Shown here: positions 51,143 to 60,100 of the stretch, piece by piece
Position numbering within the stretch: the first letter of the stretch is position 1
Layout: each line of letters opens with the position of its first letter
Source of the DNA: an uncultured delta proteobacterium
Lineage (GTDB): Bacteria; Desulfobacterota; BSN033; UBA1163
DNA length: 64,000 nucleotides
Assembly (NCBI GenBank): GCA_963827685.1
Contig: CAWHBU010000002.1
Location: 640,001-704,000 of the forward strand
Direction: 5' to 3'
Made by a program: the position numbers and the translations under genes
The notes under the pieces: model-generated
The model's input: only the letters and a program-made list of their open reading frames with translations
What the model was told of the DNA's origin: nothing
The model's database searches: none

Positions 51143-51487
51143 TCATGTTTTCTCAGGGACCCCCGGGATCCCCCACCACAGACACCTTGGACAGACAACG
51201 TAGAGTGTTCTCTTCAATAACTCCTCATCGATATTCCTTCCAATCTTGATTAGTCCTTCCTTTTCAGCAGCCAAAATCGGTATTCCCTTCAACCTAAAGT
51301 TTACACCACTAAGGGAACAACTGGGGCAATCGCCTGCGTCCGTGAATTTCTCCTCCATTATGCGGAGCCAAGCTACCAATTGAGTTTCCACGAGCCCGTC
51401 CAAATCCACGCGATTGATCCTTGCATATTCCCGGAGTTTATTGACATCCTCCGCGGTTAACCGGGTGAGCGTCAATTTCATTTCCAT
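51143..51487 (-). CDS. Integron cassette gene: small protein with CPSC/CPRC Zn finger
   Basis: AAGGAG RBS right after attC; stop codon 3 nt before the next attC. Confidence 0.7.
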   Translation of the reverse strand: MEMKLTLTRLTAEDVNKLREYARINRVDLDGLVETQLVAWLRIMEEKFTDAGDCPSCSLSGVNFRLKGIPILAAEKEGLIKIGRNIDEELLKRTLYVVCPRCLWWGIPGVPEKT

Positions 51488-51505
51488 TTCTCATTCTCCT
51501 TTCTC

Positions 51506-51599
51506 TGCCACGATCAGCTCACCGATGACGGCCCTCAATGGTTGTCGAATCTGCAACTGACGTAGCGGGGCCGTCATTCGGTGCAGCGCCTGGTTCGGC
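51506..51599 (-). other. attC site (94 bp) with degenerate R' (GTGGCA)
   Basis: Minus strand GCCGAAC-CAGGCGCTGCACCGAATGACGGCCC...GGGCCGTCATCGGTGAGCTGATC-GTGGCA. Confidence 0.8.
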
Positions 51600-52151
51600 T
51601 TCCTTCTTCTTTGGGTTTTCTAAAATCGGAGAAAGCAGAGCGTGCACGACGACATCGTTGTACCAGGAGCACACACTTCGACAAAGCGTGATCTCAGAGT
51701 CGGAAATTAGAAATTCATCCAGCCGCTTTGGGTGGGTCACGCGGTTTCGCACTTCTATTGCGTGCAGAAAATCATTCCATGGTTTTGTTCCGACCTGCAG
51801 GTCCACGGATCCCGAGAACACTCGGTTCACGATTTTGTGGGTGAACCTCAGATTTTCTGGCAGGCGCAGGAACTTATCTGACTTACGTATATCTCCATTG
51901 GCCTTGAGGTCATAAGACACATCCCGAAGAAGGCTGTACTCACCGGTGGAGAAGAGTGGGCGCTTACTCTCCTTTGCCGCCTGCAACACCACTTGCTTTA
52001 GAATCCACACTGAACCTTCAAAGAAGGCAAATAGACTGCGTACGTATGCCCGGCGCGCAAACTGTGAATCATTGGCGTCAAGGTACTCTTCGGCGCTTCT
52101 GACGTCGTCGAGGAGGGCAATGATGGGTTTTGTAATGTCACCGATCTTCAT
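51519..52151 (-). CDS. Integron cassette gene: HEPN-like protein
   Basis: RNRVTH (Rx4H) motif; SQFARRAYVRSLFAFFEG helix; reads into attC (AEPGAAPNDGPAT). Confidence 0.7.
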   Translation of the reverse strand: MKIGDITKPIIALLDDVRSAEEYLDANDSQFARRAYVRSLFAFFEGSVWILKQVVLQAAKESKRPLFSTGEYSLLRDVSYDLKANGDIRKSDKFLRLPENLRFTHKIVNRVFSGSVDLQVGTKPWNDFLHAIEVRNRVTHPKRLDEFLISDSEITLCRSVCSWYNDVVVHALLSPILENPKKKEAEPGAAPNDGPATSVADSTTIEGRHR

Positions 52152-52156
52152 TTTCA

Positions 52157-52244
52157 GCCGAACAATAGACGAAATATCTTTTTTGTCCTAAGTTTCCATT
52201 TTTACCGTATCACAACGGATAGAGAGTTTCAAGCGTAAGTATTT
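52157..52244 (-). promoter_or_regulatory. Repeat A copy 2: promoter + attI-like junction
   Basis: TTGAAA-17-TACGGT, then GTTCGGC core (52163-52157) complementary to the cassette's GCCGAAC. Confidence 0.7.
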
Positions 52245-52297
52245 GTGAAGAAAAGAGATTTATTTTTGCTCTTTTCGTATTTGCTTTGTAATAACAC

Positions 52298-52318
52298 GTT
52301 ATACGAAATTCGTATAAC
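52298..52318. repeat. Perfect palindrome GTTATACGAA-A-TTCGTATAAC
   Basis: 10-bp arms seen directly, ~200 bp downstream of the recombinase. Confidence 0.8.
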
Positions 52319-52522
52319 ATGGGTTTATTGTCAGTCTGTATTCCCTGTTGATTTCGGATTGAAATCTGCACTACTCAGATTAAACGGTTAGATAACGAGG
52401 GAGTACTCCTTGCGAAGGATCTCGGACCACGGACTCCTTCCGCCTCGGACCTTTAGCTCTGGACACCCAATAATTTCAACCTCACCGGATTAAAAGATGA
52501 GCTACCTCCAATAGAGACGTTG

Positions 52523-53119
52523 TCAAACTCCAAACTGAAGGCTCTCTATCGCCTCCACCTTCCGGTCATCCGTGCTGTGTAGATACGCCTCTGTGGTCCG
52601 GATATGGGAATGGCCCATTAGGGCCTGGACGGTTTTGAGGTCGTTCCCCTTGTCAAGAATGGTTGTGGCGAAGGTATGACGCATCACGTGCGGATGAATC
52701 CGCTTCTGAATCAGGGCCTTCTTCGACACTGACTTGATGAGGCAGTCAACAGCCTTGGGAGTCAGGCCCTTTTCCTCGTAGGGACCATGTTTCCGGAGGG
52801 TGTTGAAAAGGGGATGTCCCGGATCTGCCCCGTTCCCGGTAGCCTTGTGATAGTCCTTTATGGCGAGGAGGGTCTCGGTCTTCAGGGGGATACGCCGGAA
52901 TCTCTTCCCCTTGCCGATAACATCAATAACAGCCTGGTTCCGGTAGGTCTTAAGATCCTCGACCTTCAGGCTACAAATTTCGGCCTTTCTTAATCCGGTG
53001 GTGAGTAGAGTGAGCAGAATGGCGTAATCACGTTTGCCTTGGAGGGTCCTTCGATCAGGGACCCGGAGAATGGCCTGGGCTTCTTCCTCGGTGAGAAATT
53101 CTGTCTCTTTCTTTTTCAT
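52523..53119 (-). CDS. Tyrosine recombinase, catalytic domain only (198 aa)
   Basis: TGLRKAE, GKGKR, HVMRH, LMGH, EAY; no N-terminal core-binding domain or IntI insertion; AGGAGG RBS. Confidence 0.9.
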   Translation of the reverse strand: MKKKETEFLTEEEAQAILRVPDRRTLQGKRDYAILLTLLTTGLRKAEICSLKVEDLKTYRNQAVIDVIGKGKRFRRIPLKTETLLAIKDYHKATGNGADPGHPLFNTLRKHGPYEEKGLTPKAVDCLIKSVSKKALIQKRIHPHVMRHTFATTILDKGNDLKTVQALMGHSHIRTTEAYLHSTDDRKVEAIESLQFGV

Positions 53120-53240
53120 GGTTCAACCTCCTTCCTGGTTGAATGATCCGAGCTTTGATGGTAGATTTACTTCGAGTGGGCATCATCCCGTTCCTTCCAG
53201 CCGTGAGATGCAACTCATGGCTTTTGGGATGAAGGCTCAC

Positions 53241-53405
53241 TCACTTCTTTTTTCCCTCCTTTTTCATGTTTTTTCTTTCTTTCCTGTCCAAATATTCATC
53301 GATTGCCCGGCGAATAATCTCGGCAACCGATAGCCCTGTTTTATTGGACAATGCCTGAAGTCTTGTGATCTCTGCTTCAGTAAGATGGTAATTTACCCGC
53401 TTCAT
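53241..53405 (-). CDS. Ribbon-helix-helix (CopG-like) DNA-binding protein
   Basis: MKRVNYHL..L..LS.KTGLSVAEIIRRAIDEYL. Confidence 0.85.
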   Translation of the reverse strand: MKRVNYHLTEAEITRLQALSNKTGLSVAEIIRRAIDEYLDRKERKNMKKEGKKK

Positions 53406-53414
53406 AGTCTGTAT

Positions 53415-53442
53415 ATTATACATACATAAATAGGATTGTCAA
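53415..53442 (-). promoter_or_regulatory. Consensus sigma70 promoter of the RHH-recombinase unit
   Basis: TTGACA-16-TATAAT, 9 nt before ATG 53405. Confidence 0.75.
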
Positions 53443-53555
53443 GAAAATTCTTTTCCAATCGATTTGTCACTATTGCAGATGGAGCTCTCGGCCACTACGC
53501 CAGCTTTCTACTCTACTGTTATCATCTTCCCACCCCAAGCTACTCCGGTGGCCAG

Positions 53556-53660
53556 ATTTGGGTAATATTTCTGTACCTTTTGTTACCCAAATGGTGATCG
53601 AATGAGCGATAATCAAAGGGGTTTTTGGACATCAAACCTCCCATGATTTGGGTAACAAAA
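53556..53660. repeat. Three ATTTGGGTAA boxes including a 15-bp perfect inverted repeat
   Basis: 53556-53565; TTTTGTTACCCAAAT 53578-53592 / ATTTGGGTAACAAAA 53646-53660. Confidence 0.8.
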
Positions 53661-54123
53661 AATCACTTAAAGAAAAAGGAGTGGCCTCCTGTACCCCCCT
53701 CTCCTAATCCATTACCCTTTGTTTCCCTGCCTTGTCCTCCCCTACCTACCCTTCATTCGGTTGGATAGGGTGAGAGAGTTCGTTAAAGGGAGTTCCCTTT
53801 GAACAGTTCTTCCTGGAAGCAGCAACGGAAAGCTTTATTCAATTGTGCGAATTTCAACTTGTAATTCTTTATTGGATAACCACTTCCATCTTCATTCTTA
53901 ATCTGGTTCACCAAAAATTGTAAGAACGGTTTAGTGCCCTTCCTTAAATTCACACAATAAGTGGAAAGCGAAAAATTCTTTCCGTTGAATGTGAAAAATC
54001 TTTCAATTTTGAACAAAATCCGTTCTTGAATGGAGCAAGCCTGGCATTCTACGCCCTAATCGAAATTCAAATTAATTCTTAGATATAAGATAGTTATGGG
54101 GTTGAAACCTACAAATTTACTTC

Positions 54124-54140
54124 TTGGCATATATTTCGCA
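54124..54140 (+). promoter_or_regulatory. Putative sigma54 promoter
   Basis: TTGGCATATATTTCGCA: GG(54126-27)-N10-GC(54138-39). Confidence 0.5.
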
Positions 54141-54187
54141 GTCAAATTGATTAAAACTTAGAAAAAAGGAGACAATTTAGGGGTTTA

Positions 54188-54361
54188 ATGGACGAGGACG
54201 TGGTTTTAACAACCCAAGAAGCCATCGAATATTTAAGAATCTCCAAACCCACCTTTCTGAAATATATCCGCCTTGGAAGAATCAATGCCGTTAAAGCGGG
54301 AAACGGCTGGAGAATCCACAAAGCCGAATTACATCGATTTCTAAAGCTAGGGGAGAAGTAA
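54188..54361 (+). CDS. Excisionase-like HTH_17 DNA-binding protein (57 aa; not in ORF track)
   Basis: MDEDVVLTTQEAIEYLRISKPTFLKYIRLGRINAVKAGNGWRIHKAELHRFL. Confidence 0.8.
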   Translation: MDEDVVLTTQEAIEYLRISKPTFLKYIRLGRINAVKAGNGWRIHKAELHRFLKLGEK

Positions 54362-54395
54362 CAAGGCCAATGCCTATTGATCGGAGTAAATTAAG

Positions 54396-57300
54396 ATGAG
54401 AGCTCAAAGCAAGACAAAGGGGCAACCTATGAAAGAATTAAACAAACCACGCCAACGAATCATTGAGCAGGATCGATTGGAAGATAGGAGAAAACAGGCA
54501 GAAGAGGCGTTGCGGGAGAGTGAGAATTACTATAGAACACTACTCGAAAACTTACCACAAAAAATATTTCTAAAAGATGAGAATTCAGTCTATTTATCCT
54601 GCAATGAAAACTACTCTCGGGATCTAAAAATCAGGCCCGATGAAATCACGGGGAAGATAGACTATGATTTTTATCCCAAGGAATTGGCCAAAAAATACCG
54701 GGCAGACGATAAAAGAATTATGGAGTCTGGAAAAACAGAAGATATCGAAGAGAGATATATCCAGGATGGAAAGGAGGTGATTGTCCATACAGTCAAAACG
54801 CCGATCAAAGATGAGAAAGGCAAAATCGTTTGTATATTAGGTATTTTCTGGGATATCACGGAACGCAAACATGCGGACGATGAATTGAAGAAATACCGTG
54901 AGCGCCTTGAGGAGCTGGTAGAAGAACGTACAGCTGAACTGAGAAATGCTAATGAACAGCTTCAACGAGAAATCAACGAACGCATGCGTACGGAGGAAGT
55001 GCTGCGAGAATACCAAAGAGCTGTTGAAGGTTCACAAGATATCATCGCTGTTGTCGATCAAAACTACAACTACCTACTTGTAAACAATGCCTTCCTCAAA
55101 TATCGAGGCATGGACAGAGAGCAGGTTATAGGGCGATCAGTTGCTGGAGTATTGGGTAAAGATTTTTTTGAGAGGGTTGTTAGGAAGCACTTAGATACCT
55201 GTCTTCAAGGTGAAGTTGTCCATTATGAGATGAATTACACGTATCCTAAGTTCGGTGAAAGGGATTTGCTGGTGTCGTATTTTCCTATCGAAGGTCCCGA
55301 TGGTGTCAATAGAGTAGCGAGTGTCATAAGCGACATCACCGAGCGTAAACGGACGGAGGATGCGTTGCGTGAAGGCGAGAAGAGATACCGCGCTCTTTTC
55401 GAGGGGTCTAGAGATGCGATCTATGTCACCGCTCGGGAGGGAGAGATCGTCGATGCCAACCCATCTATGGTAGATCTTTTCGGATATTGCAGGGAAGAGA
55501 TAATCGGCCTCAACGCCCGGAGGATGTATGTTGACCCCGAGGATCGGAGAAAGTTTCAGCAGCAGATAGAGCGGGAGGGATTTGTTAGAGATTATGAGAT
55601 AAAGTTACGCAAGAAAGACGGAATACAGATGGAGTGCCTGCTTACTGCGACTGTGCGGCGGGCCGATGCCGGTACCATTGTCGGATACCAGGGCATCATT
55701 CGTGACGTTACCGAGCTCAAGCAAATTGTGAATGAGCTACAGACCGAGAAACAAAGATTTCAAACTCTATCAGAGAATGCTCCGTTCGGGATGGTGATGA
55801 TTGATAAAGATGGCACCTTCAGATACATGAACCCTAAGTTTAGAGAATTATTCGGTTATGATTTAAATGATGTTCCTGATGGAAGAACCTGGTTTAGAAA
55901 AGCATACCCTGACCCAACCTACAGACATAATGTTATCTCCACCTGGGTTAATGACTTAGACAGTTCCAACCGAGGAGAAAAAAGGCCGAGGACTTTTACA
56001 GTGACCTGCAAAGACGGAACGGAAAAGATCATCAATTTTACTCCTGTGCAATTGGAGACAGGCGAAAATTTGATGGCTTGTGAGGACATCACTGAGCGAA
56101 AGCGAGCGGAGGAGGCACTCCGAGAAAGCGAAGAGAAATATAGAAGTATTCTTGAAAACATCCAGGACGGTTATATCGAGGTTGACCTTGCTGGTAATTT
56201 TACCTTCGTTAATGGTGTGGTCTGCAGACGTCTCGGATATTCCAGAGAGGAATTGATTGGAATGAACAACCGGCAGTATACAGATGAAACAACCGCTAAG
56301 AAAGCGTATCAGCTCTACAACAGAGTCTACAGAACAGGGGAACCAGTTAGGAACTTTGAGGAGGAAGTTATCAGAAAAGACGGGACTAGATGGATTTACG
56401 AACTTTCGGTATCTCTTATAAGGAACCCAGAAGGGAAACCGATTGGATTCCGAGGTATTTCTCGAGACATTACCGAGCGCAAACGTGCGGAGAAAGAAAT
56501 GGCAGCCCTTCAAGAACAGCTTCGGGAGTCTCAGAAGATGGAAGCCATTGGTCGCTTAGCGGGTGGCATTGCCCATGATTTCAATAATCTCCTTACCGTC
56601 ATCAAGGGCTACAGCCAACTCTCCCTTATGGAACTCAAAGAAGGTGATCCCTTGAGGGGAAACATCGAGGAGATCCAAAAAGGCTCCCAACGGGCGGCGG
56701 ATCTTACACGTCAGCTTCTGGCCTTCAGCCGGCGTCAGGTGATGGAGATGAAGGTACTTGATCTGAACACTCTTTTGAGAGATTTGGACAAGATGCTCCG
56801 CCGAATTATCGGTGAGGACATCGAATTGACCACTCTTTTGGCTAATGATCTGGGAAGGGTCAAGATCGACCCAGGGCAGATTGAACAGGTGATCATGAAT
56901 CTTGCAGTCAATGCGAAGGATGCGATGCCCTCCGGAGGGAAACTTACCATTGAGACGACCAATGCGGAGTTGGATGAATCCTATGCTCGTAATCATGCGG
57001 ATGTGAAACCTGGTCGCTATGTCATGTTCTCAGTGAGTGACACAGGGTTGGGGATGACTCCGGAAGTCAGGGAACGCCTCTTTGAGCCATTCTTTACAAC
57101 GAAGCAAAAGGGCAGAGGGACCGGATTAGGTCTCTCCACGGTCTATGGGATTGTGAAGCAGAGCGGAGGGAACATCTGGGTATATAGCGAACCCGGTCAT
57201 GGGACGACGTTTAAGATTTACCTTTCGAGGGTCGATGAGCCCTTGGAGCAATTGAGAGAGAAGACGACGAGGGAGGAACTTCTTCGTGGGAGTGAAACGG

Positions 57301-57656
57301 TTTTGGTGGTGGAGGATGAAGAGAAAGTTCGTAAGCTGACTGTGGAAATTCTTGGGAGGCAAGGGTACAGCGTTTTAGACGCGTCTCAAGGAGATGATGC
57401 TTTGGCTATTTCTGAGAAGCACAAGGGTCCGATTCATCTAATCTTGGTCGATGTTGTTATGCCTGGGATAAGCGGTACTGAGTTAACCAAACGCCTAGCG
57501 TTCCTTCGTCCAGAGACAAAGATACTCTATATGTCGGGCTACACAGACAATGCTATAGTTCATCATGGGGTCCTGGAGAAAGGAGTGAATTACATCCAGA
57601 AACCTTTTACGATAGACGAGCTAACTCGAAAGGTGAGGGAAGCGCTGGATAAATAA
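54396..57656 (+). CDS. Multi-PAS hybrid sensor histidine kinase (CckA-like)
   Basis: Five PAS/PAC units ending D(I/V)TE, GGIAHDFNNLL, NLAVNAKDAM, GTGLGL, C-terminal receiver. Confidence 0.95.
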   Translation: MRAQSKTKGQPMKELNKPRQRIIEQDRLEDRRKQAEEALRESENYYRTLLENLPQKIFLKDENSVYLSCNENYSRDLKIRPDEITGKIDYDFYPKELAKKYRADDKRIMESGKTEDIEERYIQDGKEVIVHTVKTPIKDEKGKIVCILGIFWDITERKHADDELKKYRERLEELVEERTAELRNANEQLQREINERMRTEEVLREYQRAVEGSQDIIAVVDQNYNYLLVNNAFLKYRGMDREQVIGRSVAGVLGKDFFERVVRKHLDTCLQGEVVHYEMNYTYPKFGERDLLVSYFPIEGPDGVNRVASVISDITERKRTEDALREGEKRYRALFEGSRDAIYVTAREGEIVDANPSMVDLFGYCREEIIGLNARRMYVDPEDRRKFQQQIEREGFVRDYEIKLRKKDGIQMECLLTATVRRADAGTIVGYQGIIRDVTELKQIVNELQTEKQRFQTLSENAPFGMVMIDKDGTFRYMNPKFRELFGYDLNDVPDGRTWFRKAYPDPTYRHNVISTWVNDLDSSNRGEKRPRTFTVTCKDGTEKIINFTPVQLETGENLMACEDITERKRAEEALRESEEKYRSILENIQDGYIEVDLAGNFTFVNGVVCRRLGYSREELIGMNNRQYTDETTAKKAYQLYNRVYRTGEPVRNFEEEVIRKDGTRWIYELSVSLIRNPEGKPIGFRGISRDITERKRAEKEMAALQEQLRESQKMEAIGRLAGGIAHDFNNLLTVIKGYSQLSLMELKEGDPLRGNIEEIQKGSQRAADLTRQLLAFSRRQVMEMKVLDLNTLLRDLDKMLRRIIGEDIELTTLLANDLGRVKIDPGQIEQVIMNLAVNAKDAMPSGGKLTIETTNAELDESYARNHADVKPGRYVMFSVSDTGLGMTPEVRERLFEPFFTTKQKGRGTGLGLSTVYGIVKQSGGNIWVYSEPGHGTTFKIYLSRVDEPLEQLREKTTREELLRGSETVLVVEDEEKVRKLTVEILGRQGYSVLDASQGDDALAISEKHKGPIHLILVDVVMPGISGTELTKRLAFLRPETKILYMSGYTDNAIVHHGVLEKGVNYIQKPFTIDELTRKVREALDK

Positions 57657-57665
57657 TATTGCAGA

Positions 57666-58598
57666 TTGAAAGAATTAAAGGCGATAAAAGAAGAATTATC
57701 GAATTTGAAGATGTTAGATAGCTTAAATATGAAACCCTTCCATTATAAAGTTCTTGTGGTGGATGATGAGGAACCAGTGAAGAGATTAATTGTGACTTTA
57801 TTATCTCAAAAGGGACATCAATGTATAGCCGCAGGTAGCGGTCTTGAGGCCCTGGAAAAAATTGAGAAAAACAAATTTGATGCTGTAGTCGCTGACATTG
57901 TCATGCCTGAAATGGACGGGCTTACCCTAACGAGAGAACTTTCAAAACATGATCAAAGCCCCCCTGTGATGATCATGACAGGGCATGCGGATGAATATTC
58001 AGCAGAAGATGCTATTGCTCTGGGGGCACGAGAATTTATTAACAAACCATTCTCGATTGCAGAATTTATTATCCGATTTTATAAAATGATGCATGACCAC
58101 AGAGGAGAGGAGGCGTTGCTGGCTCTATCCCTCACGGATGAACTTACAGGTTTGTATAATCGGCGAAGATTCTTTGTTTTGACAGACCAGTGTTTAAAGG
58201 TAGCCGTTCGGACAAAGAAAAGGCCGTTGCTCCTTTTCATCGATATGGATAACTTAAAATGGATTAACGACCACTACGGACATAATGAAGGAGACCAAGC
58301 ACTAATAGGCCTTGCCGATATCCTGAAACAGACCTTTCGTGAGTCTGATATTATTGCTCGGATTGGAGGAGATGAATTTGTAGTTCTATTGGAATCCACT
58401 GATGAGAACAGTGAGACAACGATAACTCGCTTGCATGAAAATGTGAGAGATTATAACGCCCAGAGGTCCAAATATACACTATCGATTAGCTTGGGAACTG
58501 CTCAATTTGATCCTGAATACCCTATTTCGATAGATGAACTCCTTTCTAAGGCGGACGCCTTGATGTATGCCCAGAAACGGAGAAGGTGGAGGGGTTAA
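57666..58598 (+). CDS. Response regulator diguanylate cyclase (REC-GGDEF)
   Basis: VLVVDD..DIVMPEMDG; RESD I-site; GGDEF. Confidence 0.93.
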   Translation: MKELKAIKEELSNLKMLDSLNMKPFHYKVLVVDDEEPVKRLIVTLLSQKGHQCIAAGSGLEALEKIEKNKFDAVVADIVMPEMDGLTLTRELSKHDQSPPVMIMTGHADEYSAEDAIALGAREFINKPFSIAEFIIRFYKMMHDHRGEEALLALSLTDELTGLYNRRRFFVLTDQCLKVAVRTKKRPLLLFIDMDNLKWINDHYGHNEGDQALIGLADILKQTFRESDIIARIGGDEFVVLLESTDENSETTITRLHENVRDYNAQRSKYTLSISLGTAQFDPEYPISIDELLSKADALMYAQKRRRWRG

Positions 58599-58800
58599 CA
58601 AATCGGAGAATTTATCGGAAACTCCAGGGGATCAGAGTAAAGGGATGGCCGATTTAATATTAAAATTAGCGAAGGGAATTCTTCAAAGAAACCATGGGAT
58701 GATGGTGGAAACCCACGGGAAAAGATCGGAGACTCTCATTGCTCTGAGATTCCCCATTGCGAGAAGAAAAGTAGGCTATTATGAACCGATTGCCCTATGA
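58567..58800 (+). pseudogene. Probable remnant of a histidine-kinase-like ATPase C-terminus
   Basis: DLILKLAKGILQRNHG...LRFP resembles the end of a HATPase domain; no N-terminal part. Confidence 0.35.
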
Positions 58801-58849
58801 AATAAGATGCAAATTTAGTAATAGAAAAACCTGAGGGCACAAGGAAACA

Positions 58850-59269
58850 TTGGAAGGATCATTTAACAAAAGAGAGAGAAGAAGCTATCCCAGGTTTATT
58901 GTTGATTTGCCTCTTGAATATCGGGATATGGATGGATCGTGTTTGCGTGGAGGGGTTCTTGTCAATGCAAGCGAGGGAGGCTTTCTTATCGAAGCAGTCA
59001 GAGACATCTCTGTTGGTACGGAATTAAATATTACTGTCCTGTTCCCAAAGGGGTTTGAATTGGCTAACTTCAAAGTGGTGGCGAAGATTGTGCGGAAGGA
59101 ACCTTATTGGAAAGAAGACTTGAAAGGAAACCAGTATTGGGAGGGATATCGGTATGGATTAGAATTGATCCAGATATTGGATGAGGATCGTTGGAAACTA
59201 AACCTCCTTCTTGGTGGCCGATTTGGATCTGAGGAGATTTCCCCCAGTCTACGCAGTCAGCATTATTAG
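58850..59269 (+). CDS. PilZ-domain protein
   Basis: ERRSYPRF, NASEGG; paralog of 7554-7952. Confidence 0.85.
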   Translation: MEGSFNKRERRSYPRFIVDLPLEYRDMDGSCLRGGVLVNASEGGFLIEAVRDISVGTELNITVLFPKGFELANFKVVAKIVRKEPYWKEDLKGNQYWEGYRYGLELIQILDEDRWKLNLLLGGRFGSEEISPSLRSQHY

Positions 59270-59283
59270 GAGTTTGGGTGCAG

Positions 59284-59427
59284 ATGGAAAAGGTTAAAGT
59301 TGTTGTGCAATTTAGCGATGGTAAGTTAATCAAGGGTTTTACTCAAGATTTTTTTCCGAATAAGGAACGTTTTCATCTTATTCCAGCTAATAACCCCCCT
59401 GGCGGGGCGAACAGGCAAGAAGGATAA
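59284..59427 (+). pseudogene. Truncated DUF6982-like gene (47 codons)
   Basis: MEKVKVVVQFSDGKLIKGFTQDFFPNKERFHL then breaks off; AGGAG RBS. Confidence 0.5.
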
Positions 59428-59637
59428 TCCAGACTCTTGATGGATGTTGTGGGGGAACAAAAAGCGTTGAGATCAAGAAGGCAATCCAGGAGTGGGGACA
59501 AAAGGTTGGAAAAATGTGAACCTCCGTGCTTTAGGAAAGGTATTCTTGATTCAATTTTTCTTCGCTGCTAAGTTCACCACATGCTCGCTTTCAATCGGAA
59601 ATCTTCACTTCTCAAAACAACTCTATCCACACTCTTT

Positions 59638-59726
59638 GTAGGTGAAGGTTTCAAATTCGGCTTGTGACCGGCGGGATTTGGAAAAAAGAGGACTTCTTCC
59701 TGTAATCTTGTTTTTCGATTTCTGCC
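59638..59726 (+). repeat. Repeat E copy 1 (starts GTAGGTG-N6-TCAA)
   Basis: Homologous to 63097-63186 (CTTGTGAC.GGCG.GA.TT.G..A.A...TTCTTCCTG). Confidence 0.75.
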
Positions 59727-60100
59727 CTTCTATGCAACATTACAAAGGGAAATCAGCAATATGAGGTAAATTATGGACGGAATTTTCCCCTTGATTTTCC
59801 ATGCACATGAGAGTATGTTGTATTTATAGTATTTCCCACCTGGCCCTAATTAACTTTACAACTTAACCTCTAACCTTCTTGGGTGCCGTATGAAGAGGAG
59901 ATTCCAGAAGGTGCCCCTATTTCGGTTCCAAAGGGATTCTTATGCCCCTTGGAGCCTTTTTAATTTTTAGATTCTTTTAATGTGTTAGGGGTCCTCCTAT
60001 TAACTCTACTCACAAATTGTGCCCTGACAATCGGGATTAAAAAAAAGGGAGGGGACTTCCGTTTTATCGGGGTTGATCGAATGAAAGGAGGTCGGTGCAA

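Larger units (their letters stand above)
44653..53760. mobile_element. Genomic island downstream of tRNA-Arg (right boundary approximate)
   Basis: Switch to minus-strand accessory genes, DUF932, attC sites, tyrosine recombinase, repeated intergenic blocks; no attR duplication found. Confidence 0.7.

Noticed and set aside
47582-52244. CRISPR array from the repeated blocks
   Set aside because: Repeats are 60-90 bp, diverged and separated by whole genes; no cas genes
52523-53119. Integron integrase IntI for the attC cassettes
   Set aside because: Only 198 aa, no IntI-specific insertion, and co-oriented with the cassettes
53732-53749. Additional GTAGGTA module site on the minus strand
   Set aside because: ACAA is offset by one base (N7) and no shared leader block follows; not counted
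59825-60095. Riboswitch or MerR operator upstream of the merB-like gene
   Set aside because: Only short hairpins; no 19-bp-spacer MerR promoter dyad or known aptamer recognised
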